Assembly: GCA_002269645.1 (NCBI GenBank)
Contig: NIVC01001957.1
Coordinates: 1 to 64,000, forward strand
Source of the DNA: Macrostomum lignano
Taxonomy: Eukaryota
Direction of reading: 5' to 3'
DNA length: 64,000 nt
Position 1 is the first letter of the stretch, and each line of letters starts with the position of its first letter. This document shows, piece after piece, positions 1 through 12,635 of this stretch. Position numbers and translations under genes: made by a program. The notes below the pieces were generated by a model. The model ran no database searches, was not told the origin of the DNA, and saw only the letters and a list, made by a program, of their open reading frames with translations.

Positions 1-3000
1 TTAACTCTCAGATCGGGTCTTAGCAGATTCTATAGCTATGCATGCAAGGCCCCTCAGAAGAGATGCTTAAACACTGCAGTGCATTTTTCCTAGCAATTAT
101 TGGGACACGAAGTGTTGGGCCACTGTGTGTGTGTCTAGTTTTTTCCGCATTTGTTAAGTCACCTAAAGAACTCAATTAATAAAGGGCTCCAGAACAAATT
201 GATGGGCAAACGGATGACACACTGCACAGAGACTTGTTGGGACAGATTAAAAACAGCTTATTTTAGAATGGGTACACTTTACTAAAGTAGAATGCTCCTA
301 CAGAAAGCTGCAAGCAAACTAGCATCTTCTGGAGCTGACATGCAGAGAAGAATGATTTTGTCGTCCTTGAAATCACTAAACAGATATGCGAAATCGATCT
401 TTTGCTAATCCCACCACAGGTTCCAGTGAAAAGAAGAAACGAAACCCATTGACTAAATTGGCAGTCGACTCAATCGATGCCGACTGCAACTGACCTGTCA
501 GCTTCGAACTCAGGAGAGCAGCTAATAGTCTACGAGAGTAATGCTAGATGCCAGAATGCTTCACAGCATCAAAGTCTTAAGCAGAAGCTTCAATGAAAGG
601 TTAGTTCATGCTGTGGCTGCATTCGTTTTCGTGTCTAGAAGCGTTATAACTTTTTGTACTTTTAACTCTCAGATCGGGTCTTAGCAGATTCTATAGCTAT
701 GCATGCAAGGGCCCCTCAGAGGAGATGCTTAAACACTGCAGTGCATTTTTCCTAGCAATTATTGGGACACGAAGTGTTGGGCCACTGTGTGTGTGTCTAG
801 TTTTTTCCGCATTTGTTAAGTCACCTAAAGAACTCAATTAATAAAGGGCTCCAGAACAAATTGATGGGCAAACGGATGACACACTGCACAGAGACTTGTT
901 GGGACATATTAAAAACAGCTTATTTTAGAATGGGTACACTTTACTAAAGTAGAATGCTCCTACAGAAAGCTGCAAGCAAACTAGCATCTTCTGGAGCTGA
1001 CATGCAGAGAAGAATGATTTTGTCGTCCTTGAAATCACTAAAAGATATGCGAAATCGATCTTTTGCTAATCCCACCACAGGTTCCAGTGAAAAGAAGAAA
1101 CGAAACCCATTGACTAAATTGGCAGTCGACTCAATCGATGCCGACTGCAACGACCTGTCAGCTTCGAACTCAGGAGAGCAGCTAATAGTCTACGAGAGTA
1201 ATGCTAGATGCCAGAATGCTTCACAGCATCAAAGTCTTAAGCAGAAGCTTCAATGAAAGGTTAGTTCATGCTGTGGCTGCATTCGTTTTCGTGTCTAGAA
1301 GCGTTATAACTTTTTGTACTTTTAACTCTCAGATCGGGTCTTAGCAGATTCTATAGCTATGCATGCAAGGGCCCCTCAGAGGAGATGCTTAAACACTGCA
1401 GTGCATTTTTCCTAGCAATTATTGGGACACGAAGTGTTGGGCCACTGTGTGTGTGTCTAGTTTTTTCCGCATTTGTTAAGTCACCTAAAGAACTCAATTA
1501 ATAAAGGGCTCCAGAACAAATTGATGGGCAAACGGATGACACACTGCACAGAGACTTGTTGGGACATATTAAAAACAGCTTATTTTAGAATGGGTACACT
1601 TTACTAAAGTAGAATGCTCCTACAGAAAGCTGCAAGCAAACTAGCATCTTCTGGAGCTGACATGCAGAGAAGAATGATTTTGTCGTCCTTGAAATCACTA
1701 AACAGATATGCGAAATCGATCTTTTGCTAATCCCACCACAGGTTCCAGTGAAAAGAAGAAACGAAACCCATTGACTAAATTGGCAGTCGACTCAATCGAT
1801 GCCGACTGCAACGGACCTGTCAGCTTCGAACTCAGGAGAGCAGCTAATAGTCTACGAGAGTAATGCTAGATGCCAGAATGCTTCACAGCATCAAAGTCTT
1901 AAGCAGAAGCTTCAATGAAAGGTTAGTTCATGCTGTGGCTGCATTCGTTTTCGTGTCTAGAAGCGTTATAACTTTTTGTACTTTTAACTCTCAGATCGGG
2001 TCTTAGCAGATTCTATAGCTATGCATGCAAGGGCCCCTCAGAGGAGATGCTTAAACACTGCAGTGCATTTTTCCTAGCAATTATTGGGACACGAAGTGTT
2101 GGGCCACTGTGTGTGTGTCTAGTTTTTTCCGCATTTGTTAAGTCACCTAAAGAACTCAATTAATAAAGGGCTCCAGAACAAATTGATGGGCAAACGGATG
2201 ACACACTGCACAGAGACTTGTTGGGACATATTAAAAACAGCTTATTTTAGAATGGGTACACTTTACTAAAGTAGAATGCTCCTACAGAAAGCTGCAAGCA
2301 AACTAGCATCTTCTGGAGCTGACATGCAGAGAAGAATGATTTTGTCGTCCTTGAAATCACTAAACAGATATGCGAAATCGATCTTTTGCTAATCCCACCA
2401 CAGGTTCCAGTGAAAAGAAGAAACGAAACCCATTGACTAAATTGGCAGTCGACTCAATCGATGCCGACTGCAACGGACCTGTCAGCTTCGAACTCAGGAG
2501 AGCAGCTAATAGTCTACGAGAGTAATGCTAGATGCCAGAATGCTTCACAGCATCAAAGTCTTAAGCAGAAGCTTCAATGAAAGGTTAGTTCATGCTGTGG
2601 CTGCATTCGTTTTCGTGTCTAGAAGCGTTATAACTTTTTGTACTTTTAACTCTCAGATCGGGTCTTAGCAGATTCTATAGCTATGCATGCAAGGGCCCCT
2701 CAGAGGAGATGCTTAAACACTGCAGTGCATTTTTCCTAGCAATTATTGGGACACGAAGTGTTGGGCCACTGTGTGTGTGTGTCTAGTTTTTTCCGCATTT
2801 GTTAAGTCACCTAAAGAACTCAATTAATAAAGGGCTCCAGAACAAATTGATGGGCAAACGGATGACACACTGCACAGAGACTTGTTGGGACATATTAAAA
2901 ACAGCTTATTTTAGAATGGGTACACTTTACTAAAGTAGAATGCTCCTACAGAAAGCTGCAAGCAAACTAGCATCTTCTGGAGCTGACATGCAGAGAAGAA

Positions 3001-6000
3001 TGATTTTGTCGTCCTTGAAATCACTAAATCGATATGCGAAATCGATCTTTTGCTAATCCCACCACAGGTTCCAGTGAAAAGAAGAAACGAAACCCATTGA
3101 CTAAATTGGCAGTCGACTCAATCGATGCCGACTGCAACGACCTGTCAGCTTCGAACTCAGGAGAGCAGCTAATAGTCTACGAGAGTAATGCTAGATGCCA
3201 GAATGCTTCACAGCATCAAAGTCTTAAGCAGAAGCTTCAATGAAAGGTTAGTTCATGCTGTGGCTGCATTCGTTTTCGTGTCTAGAAGCGTTATAACTTT
3301 TTGTACTTTTAACTCTCAGATCGGGTCTTAGCAGATTCTATAGCTATGCATGCAAGGGCCCCTCAGAGGAGATGCTTAAACACTGCAGTGCATTTTTCCT
3401 AGCAATTATTGGGACACGAAGTGTTGGGCCACTGTGTGTGTGTCTAGTTTTTTCCGCATTTGTTAAGTCACCTAAAGAACTCAATTAATAAAGGGCTCCA
3501 GAACAAATTGATGGGCAAACGGATGACACACTGCACAGAGACTTGTTGGGACATATTAAAAACAGCTTATTTTAGAATGGGTACACTTTACTAAAGTAGA
3601 ATGCTCCTACAGAAAGCTGCAAGCAAACTAGCATCTTCTGGAGCTGACATGCAGAGAAGAATGATTTTGTCGTCCTTGAAATCACTAAACAGATATGCGA
3701 AATCGATCTTTTGCTAATCCCACCACAGGTTCCAGTGAAAAGAAGAAACGAAACCCATTGACTAAATTGGCAGTCGACTCAATCGATGCCGACTGCAACG
3801 ACCTGTCAGCTTCGAACTCAGGAGAGCAGCTAATAGTCTACGAGAGTAATGCTAGATGCCAGAATGCTTCACAGCATCAAAGTCTTAAGCAGAAGCTTCA
3901 ATGAAAGGTTAGTTCATGCTGTGGCTGCATTCGTTTTCGTGTCTAGAAGCGTTATAACTTTTTGTACTTTTAACTCTCAGATCGGGTCTTAGCAGATTCT
4001 ATAGCTATGCATGCAAGGGCCCCTCAGAGGAGATGCTTAAACACTGCAGTGCATTTTTCCTAGCAATTATTGGGACACGAAGTGTTGGGCCACTGTGTGT
4101 GTGTGTCTAGTTTTTCCGCATTTGTTAAGTCACCTAAAGAACTCAATTAATAAAGGGCTCCAGAACAAATTGATGGGCAAACGGATGACACACTGCACAG
4201 AGACTTGTTGGGACATATTAAAAACAGCTTATTTTAGAATGGGTACACTTTACTAAAGTAGAATGCTCCTACAGAAAGCTGCAAGCAAACTAGCATCTTC
4301 TGGAGCTGACATGCAGAGAAGAATGATTTTGTCGTCCTTGAAATCACTAAATCGATATGCGAAATCGATCTTTTGCTAATCCCACCACAGGTTCCAATGA
4401 AAAGAAGAAACGAAACCCATTGACTAAATTGGCAGTCGACTCAATCGATGCCGACTGCAACTGACCTGTCAGCTTCGAACTCAGGAGAGCAGCTAATAGT
4501 CTACGAGAGTAATGCTAGATGCCAGAATGCTTCACAGCATCAAAGTCTTAAGCAGAAGCTTCAATGAAAGGTTAGTTCATGCTGTGGCTGCATTCGTTTT
4601 CGTGTCTAGAAGCGTTATAACTTTTTGTACTTTTAACTCTCAGATCGGGTCTTAGCAGATTCTATAGCTATGCATGCAAGGGCCCCTCAGAAGAGATGCT
4701 TAAACACTGCAGTGCATTTTTCCTAGCAATTATTGGGACACGAAGTGTTGGGCCACTGTGTGTGTGTCTAGTTTTTTCCGCATTTGTTAAGTCACCTAAA
4801 GAACTCAATTAATAAAGGGCTCCAGAACAAATTGATGGGCAAACGGATGACACACTGCACAGAGACTTGTTGGGACATATTAAAAACAGCTTATTTTAGA
4901 ATGGGTACACTTTACTAAAGTAGAATGCTCCTACAGAAAGCTGCAAGCAAACTAGCATCTTCTGGAGCTGACATGCAGAGAAGAATGATTTTGTCGTCCT
5001 TGAAATCACTAAATCGATATGCGAAATCGATCTTTTGCTAATCCCACCACAGGTTCCAGTGAAAAGAAGAAACGAAACCCATTGACTAAATTGGCAGTCG
5101 ACTCAATCGATGCCGACTGCAACTGACCTGTCAGCTTCGAACTCAGGAGAGCAGCTAATAGTCTACGAGAGTAATGCTAGATGCCAGAATGCTTCACAGC
5201 ATCAAAGTCTTAAGCAGAAGCTTCAATGAAAGGTTAGTTCATGCTGTGGCTGCATTCGTTTTCGTGTCTAGAAGCGTTATAACTTTTTGTACTTTTAACT
5301 CTCAGATCGGGTCTTAGCAGATTCTATAGCTATGCATGCAAGGGCCCCTCAGAGGAGATGCTTAAACACTGCAGTGCATTTTTCCTAGCAATTATTGGGA
5401 CACGAAGTGTTGGGCCACTGTGTGTGTGTGTCTAGTTTTTTCCGCATTTGTTAAGTCACCTAAAGAACTCAATTAATAAAGGGCTCCAGAACAAATTGAT
5501 GGGCAAACGGATGACACACTGCACAGAGACTTGTTGGGACATATTAAAAACAGCTTATTTTAGAATGGGTACACTTTACTAAAGTAGAATGCTCCTACAG
5601 AAAGCTGCAAGCAAACTAGCATCTTCTGGAGCTGACATGCAGAGAAGAATGATTTTGTCGTCCTTGAAATCACTAAATCGATATGCGAAATCGATCTTTT
5701 GCTAATCCCACCACAGGTTCCAATGAAAAGAAGAAACGAAACCCATTGACTAAATTGGCAGTCGACTCAATCGATGCCGACTGCAACTGACCTGTCAGCT
5801 TCGAACTCAGGAGAGCAGCTAATAGTCTACGAGAGTAATGCTAGATGCCAGAATGCTTCACAGCATCAAAGTCTTAAGCAGAAGCTTCAATGAAAGGTTA
5901 GTTCATGCTGTGGCTGCATTCGTTTTCGTGTCTAGAAGCGTTATAACTTTTTGTACTTTTAACTCTCAGATCGGGTCTTAGCAGATTCTATAGCTATGCA

Positions 6001-9000
6001 TGCAAGGGCCCCTCAGAAGAGATGCTTAAACACTGCAGTGCATTTTTCCTAGCAATTATTGGGACACGAAGTGTTGGGCCACTGTGTGTGTGTCTAGTTT
6101 TTTCCGCATTTGTTAAGTCACCTAAAGAACTCAATTAATAAAGGGCTCCAGAACAAATTGATGGGCAAACGGATGACACACTGCACAGAGACTTGTTGGG
6201 ACATATTAAAAACAGCTTATTTTAGAATGGGTACACTTTACTAAAGTAGAATGCTCCTACAGAAAGCTGCAAGCAAACTAGCATCTTCTGGAGCTGACAT
6301 GCAGAGAAGAATGATTTTGTCGTCCTTGAAATCACTAAACAGATATGCGAAATCGATCTTTTGCTAATCCCACCACAGGTTCCAATGAAAAGAAGAAACG
6401 AAACCCATTGACTAAATTGGCAGTCGACTCAATCGATGCCGACTGCAACTGACCTGTCAGCTTCGAACTCAGGAGAGCAGCTAATAGTCTACGAGAGTAA
6501 TGCTAGATGCCAGAATGCTTCACAGCATCAAAGTCTTAAGCAGAAGCTTCAATGAAAGGTTAGTTCATGCTGTGGCTGCATTCGTTTTCGTGTCTAGAAG
6601 CGTTATAACTTTTTGTACTTTTAACTCTCAGATCGGGTCTTAGCAGATTCTATAGCTATGCATGCAAGGGCCCCTCAGAGGAGATGCTTAAACACTGCAG
6701 TGCATTTTTCCTAGCAATTATTGGGACACGAAGTGTTGGGCCACTGTGTGTGTGTGTGTCTAGTTTTTTCCGCATTTGTTAAGTCACCTAAAGAACTCAA
6801 TTAATAAAGGGCTCCAGAACAAATTGATGGGCAAACGGATGACACACTGCACAGAGACTTGTTGGGACATATTAAAAACAGCTTATTTTAGAATGGGTAC
6901 ACTTTACTAAAGTAGAATGCTCCTACAGAAAGCTGCAAGCAAACTAGCATCTTCTGGAGCTGACATGCAGAGAAGAATGATTTTGTCGTCCTTGAAATCA
7001 CTAAATCGATATGCGAAATCGATCTTTTGCTAATCCCACCACAGGTTCCAATGAAAAGAAGAAACGAAACCCATTGACTAAATTGGCAGTCGACTCAATC
7101 GATGCCGACTGCAACTGACCTGTCAGCTTCGAACTCAGGAGAGCAGCTAATAGTCTACGAGAGTAATGCTAGATGCCAGAATGCTTCACAGCATCAAAGT
7201 CTTAAGCAGAAGCTTCAATGAAAGGTTAGTTCATGCTGTGGCTGCATTCGTTTTCGTGTCTAGAAGCGTTATAACTTTTTGTACTTTTAACTCTCAGATC
7301 GGGTCTTAGCAGATTCTATAGCTATGCATGCAAGGGCCCCTCAGAAGAGATGCTTAAACACTGCAGTGCATTTTTCCTAGCAATTATTGGGACACGAAGT
7401 GTTGGGCCACTGTGTGTGTGTCTAGTTTTTTCCGCATTTGTTAAGTCACCTAAAGAACTCAATTAATAAAGGGCTCCAGAACAAATTGATGGGCAAACGG
7501 ATGACACACTGCACAGAGACTTGTTGGGACATATTAAAAACAGCTTATTTTAGAATGGGTACACTTTACTAAAGTAGAATGCTCCTACAGAAAGCTGCAA
7601 GCAAACTAGCATCTTCTGGAGCTGACATGCAGAGAAGAATGATTTTGTCGTCCTTGAAATCACTAAACAGATATGCGAAATCGATCTTTTGCTAATCCCA
7701 CCACAGGTTCCAATGAAAAGAAGAAACGAAACCCATTGACTAAATTGGCAGTCGACTCAATCGATGCCGACTGCAACTGACCTGTCAGCTTCGAACTCAG
7801 GAGAGCAGCTAATAGTCTACGAGAGTAATGCTAGATGCCAGAATGCTTCACAGCATCAAAGTCTTAAGCAGAAGCTTCAATGAAAGGTTAGTTCATGCTG
7901 TGGCTGCATTCGTTTTCGTGTCTAGAAGCGTTATAACTTTTTGTACTTTTAACTCTCAGATCGGGTCTTAGCAGATTCTATAGCTATGCATGCAAGGGCC
8001 CCTCAGAAGAGATGCTTAAACACTGCAGTGCATTTTTCCTAGCAATTATTGGGACACGAAGTGTTGGGCCACTGTGTGTGTGTCTAGTTTTTTCCGCATT
8101 TGTTAAGTCACCTAAAGAACTCAATTAATAAAGGGCTCCAGAACAAATTGATGGGCAAACGGATGACACACTGCACAGAGACTTGTTGGGACATATTAAA
8201 AACAGCTTATTTTAGAATGGGTACACTTTACTAAAGTAGAATGCTCCTACAGAAAGCTGCAAGCAAACTAGCATCTTCTGGAGCTGACATGCAGAGAAGA
8301 ATGATTTTGTCGTCCTTGAAATCACTAAACAGATATGCGAAATCGATCTTTTGCTAATCCCACCACAGGTTCCAATGAAAAGAAGAAACGAAACCCATTG
8401 ACTAAATTGGCAGTCGACTCAATCGATGCCGACTGCAACTGACCTGTCAGCTTCGAACTCAGGAGAGCAGCTAATAGTCTACGAGAGTAATGCTAGATGC
8501 CAGAATGCTTCACAGCATCAAAGTCTTAAGCAGAAGCTTCAATGAAAGGTTAGTTCATGCTGTGGCTGCATTCGTTTTCGTGTCTAGAAGCGTTATAACT
8601 TTTTGTACTTTTAACTCTCAGATCGGGTCTTAGCAGATTCTATAGCTATGCATGCAAGGGCCCCTCAGAGGAGATGCTTAAACACTGCAGTGCATTTTTC
8701 CTAGCAATTATTGGGACACGAAGTGTTGGGCCACTGTGTGTGTGTGTGTCTAGTTTTTTCCGCATTTGTTAAGTCACCTAAAGAACTCAATTAATAAAGG
8801 GCTCCAGAACAAATTGATGGGCAAACGGATGACACACTGCACAGAGACTTGTTGGGACATATTAAAAACAGCTTATTTTAGAATGGGTACACTTTACTAA
8901 AGTAGAATGCTCCTACAGAAAGCTGCAAGCAAACTAGCATCTTCTGGAGCTGACATGCAGAGAAGAATGATTTTGTCGTCCTTGAAATCACTAAATCGAT

Positions 9001-9150
9001 ATGCGAAATCGATCTTTTGCTAATCCCACCACAGGTTCCAATGAAAAGAAGAAACGAAACCCATTGACTAAATTGGCAGTCGACTCAATCGATGCCGACT
9101 GCAACTGACCTGTCAGCTTCGAACTCAGGAGAGCAGCTAATAGTCTACGA
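1..9150. repeat. Tandem array of a ~661-bp unit, 13 full copies plus a partial 14th; runs off the left edge
   Basis: Unit start TTAACTCTCAGATCGGGTC recurs at 1, 662, 1322, 1984, 2646, 3309, 3970, 4633, 5295, 5959, 6621, 7287, 7949 and 8611. Copies differ only at a few sites and in a (TG)n tract. The last copy diverges at ~9150. Confidence 0.98.
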
Positions 9151-9680
9151 GCGTAATGCTGGATGCCAGAGTGCTCTAAATAACGAGACTCCTGTTTTCT
9201 CACTCGACCGGAATTTGTTGTTTAATCTGCAGCTTAACTAATCTCTGCGTTTCAGTTTTTCAGTTTCACTGTCAATTTTAGGTTTTTTTCTAAGCGCAAG
9301 TGTAATTGAATTTTTTATTCATATTAGTCAGGCATATTGCGTACAGCATTATAGCGTATTAGTAAAGGTAAAGGTAAATAGACTGCTTGTAACTAGTTTT
9401 TCCTTCATGTGGATTGGCTTTAACGAAGCCTTTTGTATTTCAAGTAATGCTGAATTCGCTGGACTGAGGACAATATAGTTACACGATGATATGCTATTCC
9501 TTCACTTTCAATAGATCATACTATTAGTATGGGACGTGCTTTTTTATTTCAATGTATGCTTTTTTTCATCATTTAAATGCTAAAAATACTTAATAGGTCA
9601 TTGCACTGTGTGTATGTGTGTGTTTTCGTGTGTCAAAAAAAATTGCAAAATAAGTGCCCACCATTGTATACCGTACCAAC

Positions 9681-9805
9681 AAGTGCCCGGTGCGTGATTG
9701 TGTGTGTGTGTGTGTGTGTGTGTGCCTGTGCGATGACTGCGTAAGTATCCCGCGCTTGTGTGTCTGCTCAGGGGAGTCGGCGGAATGGGCAGCAATGCCT
9801 CACGC
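9681..9805 (+). mobile_element. SINE 3' fragment (same family as 19551-19811) with an adjacent (TG)n tract
   Basis: 9733-9804 aligns by eye with 19738-19811, sharing ATGACTGC..TATCC..GCTCAGGGGAGTCGGCGGAA..GGCAG.AATGCCTC.CGC. Confidence 0.7.
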
Positions 9806-10035
9806 ATCGGTTAATTGGTTTATTGGTTAGTAAAAGCTATAAAACCGAATGAACTGTACTACAATAAATAAAGCTATTATAACTTACTATTTTTAAACCT
9901 GTGGATTGGGAAAGTCAGAAGGAATCTGAAAGGTACGCTCGTAGATAAATATGAAACCTCTGTCAATTAGCGTTAAAGATTGAGGACAGTTTTTTACGAG
10001 GGTGAGTAAATGGATTAATTATAGTATAGTGAATA

Positions 10036-10317
10036 AATTGAAATTTTCAAAATTGGCTTGTGACAGTGCTTGAAAGAAAATGTGAGGCCTATTTTATTAA
10101 TCTTATTGACGCTAAAATAAAAATTCATAATAAATGTGATGAGAGTCGTTATTTCAAGCTAGACCCCGGTCTACGCGACCTCGCGCCTCAACTGACCAGC
10201 AAACTTCAGAACGAAGAGGCGCATTTCAACAAACAATTCGACAAGACCCTTTCGAAACTCTGGACTCAAAATTGGAGCAAGAACTGTGCAGCTGCTGTAG
10301 TCTGTAATAATGCATGA
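10036..10317 (+). pseudogene. Possible degenerate Penelope-like GIY-YIG endonuclease C-terminal remnant
   Basis: Joining two frames gives KLKFSKLACDS/VLERKCEAYFINLIDAKIKIHNKCDE, which resembles the f.il......RkikEa.fI......N.keE end of PLE GIY-YIG domains. Frameshifted, with no RT seen. Confidence 0.35.
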
Positions 10318-12540
10318 ATCGGAATGACTGCATGATTAGAATGATTACAAACAGCCGCAGTACCAAAAATACCTCGCAAAATAAAATTAGCCCGCATCAG
10401 CTCTTTGATGATCAGCTTCCTTCCTGGAGAGACTTGCGGCACCGATTCGATAGCTACTTCTTCTCATTCTCAGCGTTTGTATTCGTTTCGTCTTTACCAT
10501 CATTATCGACCATTGTTTCGTCCAGCTGCCGTCTGTAGGCCACAGCAGATTCGTCCGTCGGCTGCGGCACGGAAGGCCCACAAACTCGGCAGCAGGCGCA
10601 GCGCTAGCTTTTTGCTTACCGCACACGATTTAGCAGGACAAAATTCTAAGCACCTGGACACTAAAATGAGTGCCTGGAGTTGGGTCTTGCGGTAAGGTTC
10701 TCTAAACTGGTATCTCACCCGTTGGTAGGAATTCCGACAGTAGATACTTAGAATCAGAATTGGAGCAGTACAAAAATCCGCGTGACACAATGGTAGCAAT
10801 TGTTAAAATAAAGATGATTACTACTGTGGCGACGAATAGAACCTAGCTGCAATCGATGCAAAGTACTAAACAGCAGTGTATTTGCCCTCTACGCAGTATT
10901 CGAAAACTCGATTAGAAATATGGCGGCTTGGAAAATAAGGCAAAGATAAAAAAAAAACTGCAGTATCTCAATCGTGGAGGCAGCGTTGAAAAAGTGGATG
11001 AGCAACGCCGCGTGCGGAACCCAGGTCACGCGGACAAACGGCTTGGCCACCACAGAGACACGGCTGATGAGAGTGAGATCGAATACCCGGCTCAGGCCGC
11101 TGAAAAGTCGCAGCAACAGCAGCTGAATGCTGTTAAACCACACCGCCTCGCGTTTTCTGGCGAGACCAAACGTCGGCTTATGAGATCAGGTTCGCTAGCG
11201 CAAACAGGTTTAGGACCATTGCAAACCAAGCAGCGGTTGGGTCATTATATGTTTTAAGGTTGTCGTCGTTGAGAGAATCAAAGCTGCAGTTGTATCGCCT
11301 CGGTAAAATGCACATCAATGGTTTTGTTAGAGTGGCGTTTGGCCGACTGTCAATGAGCCAAATCTAGTTGGACAGTCGAGCCTGACTCACTGAGCAGCGC
11401 CAGTGACTGCGTAGAATAAAAGTACACGCTACGACCGTCCTGGCTCTAGGGACATGTTTATGGCGTACTGCTCAGCCGAGTATTCATTAGAGAGGTACTC
11501 TTATTCGATCAAGTCAGTCCTGTTAGACTTTTGTGTCGACACTAATGGTGCTACTCTAGTGATGCTTATTGTCCTCAATTCAAGCGAAATAAACTGTAGG
11601 TGTACATGTAAAACACAATCTTAAATATTTGCCAATACACGTCGTTTCTTACTTTTAAGTCAGAATACTCCTCTGTGAGCCCGCGGCATGGTGCATATCA
11701 GACTTCAAAATGCCATATTTGGCCTGTACGTGTGTGTTATACTGCTGCAGCTATATTAGTCCGATATCAGGCGGTCCATTATACGTACTTTTTACTAAAA
11801 TTAGCTAGCAAAATTACTTTTAAGAGTAAAATCAGAGTAATTTTTCGGGTCGTTTTTGCTTGCAGCATCATGATTGTCTTCCAAAACTTACAACCTTTTG
11901 AATTCCACAAGTACAAGTACACGTGCATATTGTACATAATGGTGTGCTTTACGTGGTTTGAAGAACGTTAGCGATCGAACCGGGATTAGAACTTACTCCG
12001 TAAAATCCGTAAAATAAAACTCCGGGCGATTAAAACAGGTGCGCGTAACGGGTTTAATTCGTTTAAAATAGCAAAAACTTTGGTAATAACAGCAGAAAAC
12101 GTAATGAAAATTGCAATTGTGAAAAAAAGTTTTTTTAAAAGGTTTTATTTTTTTATGTTGACAAAAAACAATCCTTATTAGTTAGTATATCTGACAACCC
12201 ACGTGATTCTGTTTTTTAAATAATAGTTTTCTAAGAAACTTTAGGCAGGACTTCGGGTCATGAGAGTCGATACGTTAAAGCATCGTTTATCAATATATCA
12301 GTTTATTCCTTATGGCATTGTTTTGAACATTTGTACTTAAAGGTTATTTATTTATTTTCTCATACATATACATGCACATTATTGCTTCTCTTTAAGTATA
12401 GCTTTGTTGCTCAGATAATCTCTCGCCTTGTTGTGCTGGGCAGTGGTCGAAATTATTAATTTATATTCTGATTAATTATTTAATAAGGCACTAACCAGTT
12501 AGAGAGCAAATTTTAAGCCCAAACCATTAATTTTTCCACA

Positions 12541-12635
12541 ATGACTTCGACTAGCACTAATGCAAAAAAGCCATATTGCGACAGGATCTCAGCATTTTGG
12601 GACAATGAGAAGTCATCACCATCTGTTGTTCCAAG
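12541..12635 (+). CDS. PACS: PACS exon 1 ([32 protein letters not shown])
   Basis: Matches the PACS N-terminal FATWEVDxSSPSCVPR motif. Donor CCAAG|gtaggt, phase 2. Absent from the ORF track. Confidence 0.85.

Noticed and set aside
954-1256. 100-aa ORF (and 69-aa sub-ORFs) in the 661-bp unit
   Set aside because: Intact in only one copy because of two 1-bp deletions; no recognisable domain; the other copies are frameshifted.
10380-11257. Cluster of short GC-richer ORFs, including a SIVEAALKKWMSNA frame faintly like a DUF4806/BEN end
   Set aside because: Short, interrupted by stops, no coherent exon chain; probably TE debris but not assignable.
1-11300. Hammerhead ribozyme / retrozyme interpretation of the array and its flank
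   Set aside because: No CTGANGA...GAAA core with pairing stems on either strand of the unit. The CTGATGAG at ~11065 lacks a paired stem II and GAAA.
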